Positions 18,288-28,282 of a stretch of DNA of 64,000 bases are shown here, piece by piece. Below the pieces are notes generated by a model. That model was not told the DNA's origin. It did not search any database and saw nothing but the letters and a program-made list of their open reading frames with translations. The position numbers were made by a program, and so were the translations under genes. This stretch comes from Candidatus Omnitrophota bacterium (GTDB taxonomy: Bacteria; Omnitrophota; Gorgyraeia; Tantalellales; Tantalellaceae): the NCBI GenBank assembly GCA_049643885.1, contig JBARQV010000028.1, forward strand, positions 12,716-76,715, read 5' to 3'. Every line of letters starts with the position of its first letter. Position 1 is the first letter of the stretch.

Positions 18288-20813
18288 ATGAGCAAGCTAA
18301 AAAGCACTTTATATCTGATAGATGGAAACTCTTTCTGCTACAGGGCTTATTACGCTATAAGGGAACTCAGCACATCAAAAGGCGTGCCGACCAATGCGAT
18401 ATACGGGGTCGTGAACATGCTCCGCAAGCTGATCAAGGAATATGAGCCCAAGATGGTGACGGTTGTTTTCGACATGAAGGGGCCGACGACCCGCCACAAA
18501 AAATACGAGAATTACAAGATCCACCGCAAGCCGATGCCGGATGATCTCTCCGAGCAGATGCCGAGGATCAAGGAGATCGTTGAAGCTTTCAATATCCCGG
18601 TATTCCAGCTGGAGGGTTACGAAGCGGACGATATTATCGCTACTTTGGCTGAAAAAGCCAGGGAAAAAGGGATAAACGTGACAATAGTCACCGGTGATAA
18701 GGACGCGATGCAGCTTGTAGATGAGAAAGTCAAAGTTTTAAGCCCGTATGCGCTGGATGAGTCGTTTTATGACCGCGAAAAAGTCCGCGATAAATTCGGC
18801 GTGTACCCGGAGCGAATGGTTGAACTTATGGCCCTGGCGGGTGACCCGTCTGACAATGTGCCCGGGGTGAAAGGCATAGGTAAGGTCACTGCCGAGAAAC
18901 TGATCAGCGAGTACGGGAACATCGAAAATATTTATAAAAATGTCGAAAAAATAAAGCCTGAATCGGTCAGGAAAAAACTTCTTGAAGGAAAGGAAATGGC
19001 CGAACTGAGCAGGGAGCTTGTTATTCTTGACAGGAACGTTCCGGTGAAACTGGACGTGGACAAAGCTGTTTTAAGTGAACCGGATTGGGAAAAACTGGAG
19101 AAGCTGTTCAGGGAGTTCGAATTCCAGAAGCTTCTCAGGGAGATCATGCCTGAAGAAGAAAAAGCCCCGGAATTGTCCACAGCCGGCGATGAAGGCGCGG
19201 CAGAAAAGGCACTGGACCGGATACTGAAAAAGAAACTTGTTGCCTTGAGCGTTGCTGCTGAAGGCGAAGAGCGCCGGTTATCAGGCGTTTCTTTCTACTG
19301 CGGCGAAGGGAAAGCAGTCCATATTCCTCTCCAAAAAATGGGCAAAGTGTTTAACATGGTCAAATCTGTCCTCGAAGACGAAACCGTGGAGAAGGTCGGT
19401 TATGATCTTAAAAAAAGCCTGGGTGTGTTACGGCAGAACGGGATAGAGATGAGGGGGATGACTTTTGATGTCATGATAGCCGAATATCTCCTTGACCCCT
19501 CACGGCCGAAGCATCCCGGGGAGGAATCATGCGAAGCTGTTTTCGGGGCGTACAAGAAATTAAGGGCTGAACTTGAAGATAAAAAGCTCATGCCGCTTTT
19601 CAGGGACGTGGAGATGCCGCTTATAGAGGTGCTCGCCGATATGGAATCGGAAGGAGTCGGCATTGACGTGCCGTGCCTGAAAAAGATGTCTAAAGACATG
19701 GAAAAGAAACTTTCCGAGATAACGGAGAAGATATATGATCTCTCGGGAGAGAACTTCAACATAAATTCCCCCAAACAGCTCCAAGGTATACTTTTCGATA
19801 AACTGGGCCTTCCCAAAGTGAAGAAGACCAAGACCGGGTCCTCGACCGACGAATCGGTCTTGCGCAGGCTTTCGAAAGAGCACGAGCTCCCACCGGCGCT
19901 TTTGGAATACAGGGCCATGAACAAGCTCAAGACGGGGTATTACGATTCGCTGCTTGAGTTGGTCGATGCTAAAACGGGCATACTTCATGCCAGTTTTAAC
20001 CAGGCTGTGACGGCGACGGGGAGACTATCGTCCAGTGAACCGAACCTTCAGAACATACCCATCAAGACAGCGATGGGGAAGGAGCTCCGGCGTGCGTTTA
20101 TCCCGGGCGAGAAAGGCAAGCTCCTCTTGGCCGCAGATTATTCCCAGATCGAGTTGAGGATACTGGCGCATTTATCTGATGACAAGGAGTTAATGAAGGC
20201 TTTTAACAAAGGCGAGGATGTCCACCTTTATACCGCGTCGCGTATATTCGGATGCAGGGTTCCTGACGTGACCGAAGAGATGAGAGCGGTTGCGAAGACC
20301 GTCAATTTCGGTATAATTTACGGGATGAGCCCGTTCCGCCTTGCCAGGGACCTTGAGATAGACCTTGCCGAGGCCCAGCGTTTTATCGATTCTTATTTCG
20401 ATCAATATTCGGGGGTAAAGGCATTTATCGATAAGACCATAAAGACAGCCAGGAAAAAGGGTTACGTGACCACACTTCTTAACCGGAGGCGGTATATTCC
20501 GGAGATAACAAGTTCCAACGAACGGATAAAGGGTTTCGCTGAAAGAGTAGCCGTCAACACGCCGGTCCAGGGATCGGCCGCGGACTTGATCAAACTGGCC
20601 ATGATCGCGTGCCATGATAGATTGAGGGAGTCCGGGACGCGCATGATCATCCAGGTGCATGACGAACTTGTATTCAAAGTTCCTGAAAACAGGATAAACA
20701 ACGCGGCCGCCGCGGTACAAAAGATCATGGAAGGCGTTATAGACCTTAAAGTGCCTCTCAGGGTACATGTCGAAGCCGGTCCGAACTGGATGGATATGGA
20801 AGAAATAAAATGA
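18288..20813 (+). CDS. polA: DNA polymerase I
   Basis: 841 aa. 5'-3' exonuclease N-terminus (LYLIDGNSFCYRAYYA); family A polymerase motifs (RRxxKxxNFGxxYG as RAVAKTVNFGIIYGMS; QVHDELVF). Confidence 0.92.
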   Translation: MSKLKSTLYLIDGNSFCYRAYYAIRELSTSKGVPTNAIYGVVNMLRKLIKEYEPKMVTVVFDMKGPTTRHKKYENYKIHRKPMPDDLSEQMPRIKEIVEAFNIPVFQLEGYEADDIIATLAEKAREKGINVTIVTGDKDAMQLVDEKVKVLSPYALDESFYDREKVRDKFGVYPERMVELMALAGDPSDNVPGVKGIGKVTAEKLISEYGNIENIYKNVEKIKPESVRKKLLEGKEMAELSRELVILDRNVPVKLDVDKAVLSEPDWEKLEKLFREFEFQKLLREIMPEEEKAPELSTAGDEGAAEKALDRILKKKLVALSVAAEGEERRLSGVSFYCGEGKAVHIPLQKMGKVFNMVKSVLEDETVEKVGYDLKKSLGVLRQNGIEMRGMTFDVMIAEYLLDPSRPKHPGEESCEAVFGAYKKLRAELEDKKLMPLFRDVEMPLIEVLADMESEGVGIDVPCLKKMSKDMEKKLSEITEKIYDLSGENFNINSPKQLQGILFDKLGLPKVKKTKTGSSTDESVLRRLSKEHELPPALLEYRAMNKLKTGYYDSLLELVDAKTGILHASFNQAVTATGRLSSSEPNLQNIPIKTAMGKELRRAFIPGEKGKLLLAADYSQIELRILAHLSDDKELMKAFNKGEDVHLYTASRIFGCRVPDVTEEMRAVAKTVNFGIIYGMSPFRLARDLEIDLAEAQRFIDSYFDQYSGVKAFIDKTIKTARKKGYVTTLLNRRRYIPEITSSNERIKGFAERVAVNTPVQGSAADLIKLAMIACHDRLRESGTRMIIQVHDELVFKVPENRINNAAAAVQKIMEGVIDLKVPLRVHVEAGPNWMDMEEIK

Positions 20814-21397
20814 CAAAAAAGAACATTATAATAGGGGTAACCGGGGGGTTGGCGACAGGAAAGACGACAGTTGCCGATATGTTCGCGGAAAAAGGAGCGG
20901 TGAAGATAGACGCGGATGATATTTCTCACCGGCTTTTGGAGGAAGACCCCGGGGTCAAACGCGAAATGATAGAGATGTTCGGGAAGGAGATATTGACCGG
21001 GGAAAGGATCGACCGGAGAAAACTGGCGGAAAAAGTCTTTTTTGACAAAGAAAAACTCGACGAGCTGTGCGGCATATTGCACCCGGCGATCATCCTCCGG
21101 ATAAAAGAGGAAATAAAGCATAATAAAGGCAAGGCGATCGTAGTAGACGCGCCCCTGCTGATCGAGACAGGCCTGCACGAGTTGATGGATATCGTGATAG
21201 TCGTCTTCGCGGATTATGATACCCAGATAAAAAGGGCAGCGAATCGCGGAATTTCGGAAAGAGAGGCAAAAGGCATAATAACTATGCAGATGCCTTTGAC
21301 CGAAAAAGTCAAATTCGCTGATTTTATAATAGATAATAACGGTGCTGATATTAAAACTGTTAAAGAAGGAGTAGAAGAAGTATGGCAAAAAATGTGA
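20810..21397 (+). CDS. coaE: dephospho-CoA kinase
   Basis: [20 protein letters not shown]-loop, ~195 aa. Confidence 0.85.
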   Translation: MTKKNIIIGVTGGLATGKTTVADMFAEKGAVKIDADDISHRLLEEDPGVKREMIEMFGKEILTGERIDRRKLAEKVFFDKEKLDELCGILHPAIILRIKEEIKHNKGKAIVVDAPLLIETGLHELMDIVIVVFADYDTQIKRAANRGISEREAKGIITMQMPLTEKVKFADFIIDNNGADIKTVKEGVEEVWQKM

Positions 21398-22677
21398 ATC
21401 AATCAAATGTGAATCAATCAAAGGAAATGGATATCGTCAAGCTCAAGGGGATGAAGGTGCAGGAACTTAACGAGCTTGCCAGGAACCTGGACATCAACGG
21501 CACCAGCGGGATGAAGAAGCACGATCTCATATTCAGGATACTGCAGGCAAAGGTCGAGAAGAGCGGCCTGGCGTTCGGGGAAGGTGTCCTGGAGGTCTTG
21601 GAAGACGGGTTCGGATTTCTAAGGAGCCCGGATTATAATTATCTTCCATGTCCGGACGACATTTACGTTTCGCCGTCGCAGATCAGGCGCTTTAACCTGA
21701 AGACGGGCGATACCGTCAGCGGGCAGATAAGGCCGCCGAAAGAAGGGGAGCGCTATTTCGCCCTTTTAAAGGTGGAAGCGGTGAATTTCGAGAATCCCGA
21801 ACAGGCCAAGAACAGGATACTTTTCGAGAATCTGACCCCGCTATATCCCGACGAGCGGTATTCCCTTGAAACGGATCCCAAGGAGATCTCCATGCGCATC
21901 ATGGATCTCCTGACGCCGGTAGGGAAGGGGCAAAGGGGGCTGATAGTGGCGCCTCCATACAGTGGGAAGACCGTCTTTCTCCAGAAGTTCGCCAATTCAA
22001 TAACCACTAATTATCCGGACGTCAAGCTCATCATCCTGCTTATTGATGAACGCCCGGAGGAAGTCACCGATATGCAGCGATCGGTCAATGCAGAGGTGGT
22101 CTCTTCCACGTTTGACGAACAGGCGCAGAGACACACGCAGGTGGCTGAAATGGTCCTGGAGAAGGCCAAGCGCCTGGTGGAACATAAGTATGACGTGATC
22201 ATCTTGCTCGATTCCATTACCAGGTTGGCGAGAGCCTACAACACCGTTGTGCCTCATTCGGGTAAGATTTTATCCGGCGGTGTGGACGCGAACGCTCTCC
22301 ATAAACCCAAAAGGTTTTTAGGATCTGCCAGAAATGTGGAAGAAGGGGGGAGCCTGACCATCATAGCTACCGCTCTTGTGGATACCGGAAGCCGCATGGA
22401 TGAAGTCATATTCGAGGAGTTCAAGGGTACGGGCAACATGGAGATCCAGCTGGACAGGGCACTGTTCCAGAAGAGGATTTACCCGGCAATTGATATAAGG
22501 CGCTCAAACACGCGTAAAGAAGAACTTCTGGTGGACGATACCGAGCTCCAGCGGATATGGCTCATGCGAAAAGCGCTGAGCGATCTCGATTCTGCCGAGG
22601 CCATGGAACTGCTTATTGACCGCATGAAAAAGACTAAAACCAACAAGGAGTTCCTGGAAACGCTTAGCAAAATATAA
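21382..22677 (+). CDS. rho: transcription termination factor Rho (likely start 21427)
   Basis: N-terminal KH-like region, CSD-like RNA-binding GFGFLRS, Walker A APPYSGKT, RecA-like core. The first 15 codons lie in a 15-bp tandem repeat and may not be translated. Confidence 0.92.
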   Translation: MAKNVNQSNVNQSKEMDIVKLKGMKVQELNELARNLDINGTSGMKKHDLIFRILQAKVEKSGLAFGEGVLEVLEDGFGFLRSPDYNYLPCPDDIYVSPSQIRRFNLKTGDTVSGQIRPPKEGERYFALLKVEAVNFENPEQAKNRILFENLTPLYPDERYSLETDPKEISMRIMDLLTPVGKGQRGLIVAPPYSGKTVFLQKFANSITTNYPDVKLIILLIDERPEEVTDMQRSVNAEVVSSTFDEQAQRHTQVAEMVLEKAKRLVEHKYDVIILLDSITRLARAYNTVVPHSGKILSGGVDANALHKPKRFLGSARNVEEGGSLTIIATALVDTGSRMDEVIFEEFKGTGNMEIQLDRALFQKRIYPAIDIRRSNTRKEELLVDDTELQRIWLMRKALSDLDSAEAMELLIDRMKKTKTNKEFLETLSKI

Positions 22678-22690
22678 TTATAATTAACAC

Positions 22691-22718
22691 TTGATATTTG
22701 TAACAAATCTAGTAAAAT
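22691..22718 (+). promoter_or_regulatory. putative sigma70 promoter (TTGATA-N16-TAAAAT) upstream of rpmE
   Basis: TTGATA at 22691-22696; TAAAAT at 22713-22718; GGGAGG RBS before the GTG start at 22808. Confidence 0.45.
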
Positions 22719-22807
22719 ACTTACTCTGCTGTGATAACGTTGATTTAGGCCTGGGAAATTCGCAAAGGCTTATAAATAAAACGGTTACAATATAAAGGGA
22801 GGTAAAA

Positions 22808-23092
22808 GTGAAAAAAGGCATACATCCTGAGTATAAGGAGACGACCATAGTTTGTGCGTGCGGTAATGTCATTCATACGCGTTCGACAAAGGAAAATATC
22901 CACGTGGAGATATGCTCTAAATGCCATCCGTTCTATACCGGAAAGCAAAAGTTAATTGACTCTGCCGGAATGGTCGATCGGTTCAAGAAACGTTACGCAA
23001 AGAAAAAGGAAGCCAAGCCGGAACCTGCGCAGACTTCAGAAACTGCTGAGGCTAAAGAGACAAGCGGATCTGACGAAGCCAGTGGAGCTTGA
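22808..23092 (+). CDS. rpmE: 50S ribosomal protein L31 with a ~25 aa acidic/Lys-rich C-terminal extension
   Basis: GTG start; [47 protein letters not shown] is canonical L31 (CxxC...CxxC). Confidence 0.85.
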   Translation: MKKGIHPEYKETTIVCACGNVIHTRSTKENIHVEICSKCHPFYTGKQKLIDSAGMVDRFKKRYAKKKEAKPEPAQTSETAEAKETSGSDEASGA

Positions 23093-23101
23093 TCCCCGGA
23101 C

Positions 23102-24175
23102 ATGTTCGAACAGCTGAAAAAAAAGAAAGAGCATTTCTTAAAGCTTGAGAAGGAACTGGCTTCTCCGGAAGTCCTGTCTGACAGGGAGAGATATCGGCTT
23201 AAATCCAAAGAATATGCGGACCTGAAAGAGCTGATAGTTGAGTATGATAATTGTCTTGGGCTTGAGGAAGAAAAAAGATCCCTTGAAAAGATGATAGAGG
23301 AAGAAGGGCCCGGGAGCGAATATGCCGTTTTTGCGGAAAAGGAACTAAAGAGCGTTGTCCGGGCTTTGGAAGAAAAGAGAAAAGGGATTGAAGACCTTCT
23401 TCTTGGAGAGGCAGAGAGCGACGATTTTAAGAAGAACGTTATAATGGAAATACGCGCCGGCACAGGAGGGCTCGAAGCGGGTCTTTTCGCGGCTGATCTT
23501 TGTAAGATGTATACAAAGTATGCAGCGGACAAAGGCTGGAAAATAAACGTGATCAGTTTGAGCGAATCCGAGCTGGGAGGTATCAAGGAGATCATCTTTT
23601 CTGTCGAAGGGGTCAAAGTTTTTAAATATCTCAGGTTCGAGATGGGCACTCACCGCGTCCAGCGCGTGCCTGAGACCGAAGCAAGCGGACGGGTACATAC
23701 TTCAGCGGCCACGGTCGCGGTCTTGCCTGAACCGGAGGACGTGGAGGTCGATATAAAGCCGCAGGATCTCAGGATGGATTTTTACCGGTCGTCCGGAGCT
23801 GGCGGGCAGCACGTTAACGTTACCGATTCGGCGGTGCGCATCACTCATTTGCCGACGGGCATTGTGGTGAGCTGCCAGGATGAACGCAGCCAGCACAAGA
23901 ATAAAGCGAAAGCGATGAGGGTGCTTAAAGCGCGCGTCCTGGAGGGCATAAAACACGAACGTGAGAAAAAGATATCGGAACAAAGAAAGAAACAGGTTGG
24001 CAGCGGCGACAGGTCAGAGAAGATAAGGACTTATAATTTCCCGGAGAACAGGGTGTCTGACCACAGGATCGGCCTGACTTTGTATAATCTCGCGAATATC
24101 ATGGAGGGCGAGCTGGATAAACTGATAGAGGCACTTTCGGCGGAAGACAGAAAATTAAAGCTGCAGGGCAATTGA
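23102..24175 (+). CDS. prfA: peptide chain release factor 1
   Basis: GGQ motif SGAGGQHVN; PxT-type decoding region; 357 aa. The cognate methyltransferase prmC is immediately downstream. Confidence 0.92.
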   Translation: MFEQLKKKKEHFLKLEKELASPEVLSDRERYRLKSKEYADLKELIVEYDNCLGLEEEKRSLEKMIEEEGPGSEYAVFAEKELKSVVRALEEKRKGIEDLLLGEAESDDFKKNVIMEIRAGTGGLEAGLFAADLCKMYTKYAADKGWKINVISLSESELGGIKEIIFSVEGVKVFKYLRFEMGTHRVQRVPETEASGRVHTSAATVAVLPEPEDVEVDIKPQDLRMDFYRSSGAGGQHVNVTDSAVRITHLPTGIVVSCQDERSQHKNKAKAMRVLKARVLEGIKHEREKKISEQRKKQVGSGDRSEKIRTYNFPENRVSDHRIGLTLYNLANIMEGELDKLIEALSAEDRKLKLQGN

Positions 24176-24894
24176 TTAAAATGACCAGCGACAGAACTCA
24201 AATGACAAAAATAAACGAAAAACAACCAGAAAAGATCCCTGTTCAGTATGTCGAAGGTAAGGCCTGTTTTATGGATATGGAGATCAAGATCGATCACAGG
24301 GCGCTTATACCCCGCCCGGAGACTGAACTTCTGGTTTCGACCGTGGCCAGGTTCTGCCGGGAGAAAGGCTGGAAGGTCCCTTTTGTACTCGATGTCGGCA
24401 CAGGGAGCGGGGTTATTCCCCTGGGGCTGGTAAGGCTCTTGAAGGATTGCCGCGTCATCGGTTCGGATGTTTCTTGCGAAGCGCTTTTGTTGGCCAGGGA
24501 GAACCTGGCGCGTTTTGGCTATGAAGACAGGATAACCCTGGTAAGATCCGATATGTTCGACAGGTTCAAGGATGGGTATCTTAATACTTTTGATGTCATT
24601 GTTTCCAATCCCCCGTACGTGTCGCAGAAGGACTATGAAAATCTTGACCCGTGGGTCCTGGCGGAACCCAGGGAGGCTCTTTACGGAGGCATCGAGGGCA
24701 TGGATTACCTGAACATCCTTGCGGAAAAAAGCTGGGAGTACCTAAGGCCGGACGGTTTATTCGCTGTTGAAGTAGGTTATGACCAGGGAGAAAAGATGAA
24801 GGATAAGCTGCGCGCTTGCGGGTTTTGCGATGTGGAATCCTTCAAAGATTTTAATGATCACGAACGCGTTATCGTAGGGTGGAAAAATGGATAA
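24172..24894 (+). CDS. prmC: release factor glutamine methyltransferase PrmC/HemK
   Basis: LIPRPETE, DVGTGSGVI, VSNPPYV motifs. Confidence 0.85.
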   Translation: MIKMTSDRTQMTKINEKQPEKIPVQYVEGKACFMDMEIKIDHRALIPRPETELLVSTVARFCREKGWKVPFVLDVGTGSGVIPLGLVRLLKDCRVIGSDVSCEALLLARENLARFGYEDRITLVRSDMFDRFKDGYLNTFDVIVSNPPYVSQKDYENLDPWVLAEPREALYGGIEGMDYLNILAEKSWEYLRPDGLFAVEVGYDQGEKMKDKLRACGFCDVESFKDFNDHERVIVGWKNG

Positions 24895-26152
24895 ACTCAT
24901 CGTCGAAGGAGGAAATAGACTCAGCGGGACGATCCGCATCAGCGGAGCAAAGAATGCATGTCTCCCGATACTGGCCGCGACGGTCCTGACCGAGGGCGAA
25001 TGCGTGATCTCCAACGTTCCGGAACTAAAAGACGTTTCAACCATGATCAAGATCCTTTCATCGCTGGGAAAAAAGATCGAGTGCGACGGCGATACGGTGA
25101 AGGTCATGGCCGGTCGGGTATCCAACGTGGTCGCCGAATACGATCTGGTGAGCACAATGCGGGCGTCAATAGTCGTCTTGGGCCCGCTCATAGCGAAATA
25201 TGGCCGGGCCAAGGTTTCGTTCCCCGGGGGTTGTATCATAGGCCCTAGGCCCATCGATCTCCATTTGAAGGGTTTGAGGTCTCTGGGCGCGGACTTGAAA
25301 GTCAAAGGGGGTTATATCGTGGCCAGCGCCAAGAAGCTGAAAGGCGGGCGGGCCTATCTGGGAGGACATTTCGGTTCAAGTGTTCTGGCGACTTCCAATA
25401 CCATGCTGACCGCGGTCCTGGCCGAGGGAGAGACTGTGATAGAAGACGCGGCTTGCGAACCTGAAGTTGCGGACCTTGCAGGCTTTCTCACTGCCATGGG
25501 AGCCGATATCGAAGGCGCCGGCACACCGACGATCAGGATGCGGGGCGTAAAGAACCTCGCAGGGGCCTCTTACAGGGTCATCCCTGACAGGATAGAGACA
25601 GGTACATACATGATCGCCGCGGTTATGACCGACGGACGCCTGTTCCTGGAAAATGCCAGGCCGGAGCACAATCTGGCTCTTATCGACAAGCTGACAGAGT
25701 GCGGCGCTCTGGTCAGTGAAAGGCCGGATGGCGTCGAAGTGTGTCGTTCCGGTGGTCCTCCCCGGTCCACCCATATTACCACGCTTACTTATCCGGGGTT
25801 TCCCACTGACCTGCAGGCCCAGATGATGAGTCTGCTCGCTTTGACCGACGGGATCAGCGTTATTACTGAGAAAATATATCCGGAAAGATTTATTCATGTC
25901 AGTGAACTTAACCGTATGGGCGCGGATATACTCCTGGAAGGCCCGACGGCGATAATCAAAGGGGTCAAAGACCTGAGCGGCGCGCAGGTAATGGCTTCGG
26001 ACCTGAGAGCTTCTGCCGCGTTGGTCCTTGCGGGACTTGTCGCAGAGGGGCGCACGGAGATATCAAGGATCTATCACCTGGACCGGGGATATGAACATTT
26101 AGAGGAAAAGCTCACGGCGGTGGGAGCGAACATCGAAAGAGAGAGCGAGTAA
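24887..26152 (+). CDS. murA: UDP-N-acetylglucosamine 1-carboxyvinyltransferase
   Basis: MDKLIVEGGNRLSGTIRISGAKNA, active-site Cys region, 421 aa EPT fold. Confidence 0.92.
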   Translation: MDKLIVEGGNRLSGTIRISGAKNACLPILAATVLTEGECVISNVPELKDVSTMIKILSSLGKKIECDGDTVKVMAGRVSNVVAEYDLVSTMRASIVVLGPLIAKYGRAKVSFPGGCIIGPRPIDLHLKGLRSLGADLKVKGGYIVASAKKLKGGRAYLGGHFGSSVLATSNTMLTAVLAEGETVIEDAACEPEVADLAGFLTAMGADIEGAGTPTIRMRGVKNLAGASYRVIPDRIETGTYMIAAVMTDGRLFLENARPEHNLALIDKLTECGALVSERPDGVEVCRSGGPPRSTHITTLTYPGFPTDLQAQMMSLLALTDGISVITEKIYPERFIHVSELNRMGADILLEGPTAIIKGVKDLSGAQVMASDLRASAALVLAGLVAEGRTEISRIYHLDRGYEHLEEKLTAVGANIERESE

Positions 26153-26219
26153 CCCCACATTTGCGTGCGGGGAATGGATATCACAGGCGTAGGCTTGTAG
26201 AGCAAAAGGAGGAGAAAGA
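26153..26219 (+). promoter_or_regulatory. conserved two-hairpin 5' leader upstream of rpsP (paralogous to the rplS leader)
   Basis: CCCCACAtttgcGTGCGGGG ... ACAGGCgtaGGCTTGT ... AGAGCAAAAGGAGGAGAAAGAATG; about 80% identical to 27220-27291, with compensatory changes in the stems. Confidence 0.5.
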
Positions 26220-26459
26220 ATGTCAGTAGTGATCAGGCTAAAAAGATTCGGCACCAATAAGAAACCTTTTTACCGGATCGTAGCTGCGACTAAATCAGTG
26301 AAGCGTGACGGAAAATGTCTGGAAGAGCTCGGGCTTTACGACCCGAAGAAAAAGGATGACAATATTGCCTTGGACAGAGAACGTTTCGAATACTGGTTGA
26401 AGAACGGGGCTAAGATGTCCGAGACGGTGAAAAGTATATTCAAGAAGTTGGAGATATAA
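26220..26459 (+). CDS. rpsP: 30S ribosomal protein S16
   Basis: MSVVIRLKRFGTNKKPFYRIVAA is canonical S16. Confidence 0.92.
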   Translation: MSVVIRLKRFGTNKKPFYRIVAATKSVKRDGKCLEELGLYDPKKKDDNIALDRERFEYWLKNGAKMSETVKSIFKKLEI

Positions 26460-26535
26460 ATAGTAGTTGGATGTTGGATATCCAAAATCCAAGATCTAAC
26501 TTCTAAGTTCTAAATTGCGATATACAGGTGCATTT

Positions 26536-27219
26536 ATGAAGATCGATATTTTAACATTGTTTCCCGAGATGTTCGAGGGAGTGTTCGGTGAATCGATGGT
26601 AAAGCTCGCCCGCAAGAAGGGTATAGTCTCAATAGAAGTCCACAATCTCAGGAAATGGACCCATGATCGACACCGGACAGTGGACGATAAACCATTCGGC
26701 GGCGGACCGGGGATGGTCATGAAAGTAGAACCTGTGAATGAGGCCCTGGATGAGATCAGGGGGTCGGTTCCTGAAGGCGTTGTCCCGCTGACCGTTCTTT
26801 TGACTCCCCAGGGGAAGTTATTCAGCCAGGGGACGGCAAAGGTCCTGTCAGTCGTAGAGTATTTGGTACTGATCTGCGGCCACTACGAAGGGTTTGATGA
26901 GAGGATACGGAGCCTGGTGGATCTGGAACTGTCCATCGGTGATTATATCCTTACATGCGGCGAGATACCGGCGATGGCTATCTGTGATGCCGTTGTCCGG
27001 CTTATCCCCGGTGTTCTTGGAGCTGAAGAGTGTCTGATAGACGAATCGTTCGAGAACGGACTTTTGGAATATCCTCAGTATACCCGGCCTTCGGTTTACA
27101 AAGGCATGAAAGTTCCGGATGTTCTTTTGAGCGGTGATCCGAAAAGAATAGAAAAATGGCGCGAAACACAGGCCCTGAGAAAGACACATGCGCGCCGACC
27201 AGATCTTTTGAGGAAGTAG
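26536..27219 (+). CDS. trmD: tRNA (guanine37-N1)-methyltransferase TrmD (ORF track start 26515)
   Basis: MKIDILTLFPEMF start, SPOUT/TrmD fold, GGGPGMV. Confidence 0.9.
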   Translation: MKIDILTLFPEMFEGVFGESMVKLARKKGIVSIEVHNLRKWTHDRHRTVDDKPFGGGPGMVMKVEPVNEALDEIRGSVPEGVVPLTVLLTPQGKLFSQGTAKVLSVVEYLVLICGHYEGFDERIRSLVDLELSIGDYILTCGEIPAMAICDAVVRLIPGVLGAEECLIDESFENGLLEYPQYTRPSVYKGMKVPDVLLSGDPKRIEKWRETQALRKTHARRPDLLRK

Positions 27220-27291
27220 AGACCCCACACCTCCGTGTGGGAAATGGATGCTACAGGCGGAAGCCTGTAGAGCAAGAGAGGAGATAAGAAG
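27220..27291 (+). promoter_or_regulatory. conserved two-hairpin 5' leader upstream of rplS (paralogous to the rpsP leader)
   Basis: CCCACACctccGTGTGGG, then ACAGGCggaaGCCTGT (GNRA-like loop), then AGAGCAAGAGAGGAGATAAGAAGATG. Confidence 0.5.
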
Positions 27292-27660
27292 ATGAGAAAA
27301 CAGATAGAAGAGCTTGAATCCAAATACAAAAAAAAGGATGTTCCGCGATTTGATATAGGGGACGCAGTGGATGTCCATTTCCGGATCAAGGAAGAAAAAA
27401 GGACCCGTATCCAGGTATTCAGCGGGATCGTGATCGGCAGAAAAGGGAAAGGACTGAACGAGGTTTTTACCGTGAGAAGGATATCCTACGGTGAAGGCGT
27501 AGAGCGTATTTTCCCTATTCACTCACCATTGGTCGAGAAGGTCGAAGTAAAGAAAAAGGGCAGTGTAAGACGTGCCAAACTCTATTACTTGAGGGGCCAG
27601 AAGGGCAAGAAGGCCACAAAGGTAAAGGAAAAAATTGAGCACAGGCAAGAAGGACAATAA
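27292..27660 (+). CDS. rplS: 50S ribosomal protein L19
   Basis: [62 protein letters not shown] is canonical L19. Confidence 0.92.
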   Translation: MRKQIEELESKYKKKDVPRFDIGDAVDVHFRIKEEKRTRIQVFSGIVIGRKGKGLNEVFTVRRISYGEGVERIFPIHSPLVEKVEVKKKGSVRRAKLYYLRGQKGKKATKVKEKIEHRQEGQ

Positions 27661-28267
27661 CCCGGGGATCAGACTTGATCATGAGAGAAAGGCCTTATCT
27701 TCCGGTTATCGGAGGGTAGCCGGGATAGATGAAGCCGGAAGAGGTCCTTTGGCCGGGCCGGTTGCCGCGGCGGCGGTGGTCATCCGTGACGCTGAGTTCA
27801 TCGAAAGGATAGATGATTCAAAAAAACTGACCGGGCGTATGAGAGAACGTGCTTTCATCGATATTCTCCGGAGGTGCGACGTAGGGATCGGTATAGTCGG
27901 GGTAGAGGATATTGACAGGCTTAACATCCGGAAGGCGACATTGCTGGCGATGAAGAGGGCCCTGGACGAACTCAATGAGAGACCCGACTTCTTGTTGGTG
28001 GACGGCAGGATGGAGGTGCCTGTCCCTCAAGAGAGGCTGTACCTGGTAAGAGGAGAATCCGAGAGCACGTCGATAGCCTGCGCCTCTATCATGGCCAAGG
28101 TGTTCAGGGACAGACTGATGATGGAAGAGGATAAAAAGTATCCTCAGTACGGATTTAAAAAACACAAGGGATACGGGACCAGGCAGCATCTCGAGGCGAT
28201 AAGAAAATACGGGCTTTGCCCAATACACCGAAGGACTTTTGGTCCTTTTGGCGATAGGCGGAAATAA
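27635..28267 (+). CDS. rnhB: ribonuclease HII
   Basis: [20 protein letters not shown] catalytic motif, ~210 aa. Confidence 0.88.
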   Translation: MSTGKKDNNPGIRLDHERKALSSGYRRVAGIDEAGRGPLAGPVAAAAVVIRDAEFIERIDDSKKLTGRMRERAFIDILRRCDVGIGIVGVEDIDRLNIRKATLLAMKRALDELNERPDFLLVDGRMEVPVPQERLYLVRGESESTSIACASIMAKVFRDRLMMEEDKKYPQYGFKKHKGYGTRQHLEAIRKYGLCPIHRRTFGPFGDRRK

Positions 28268-28282
28268 AACGAAAGGAACAAT

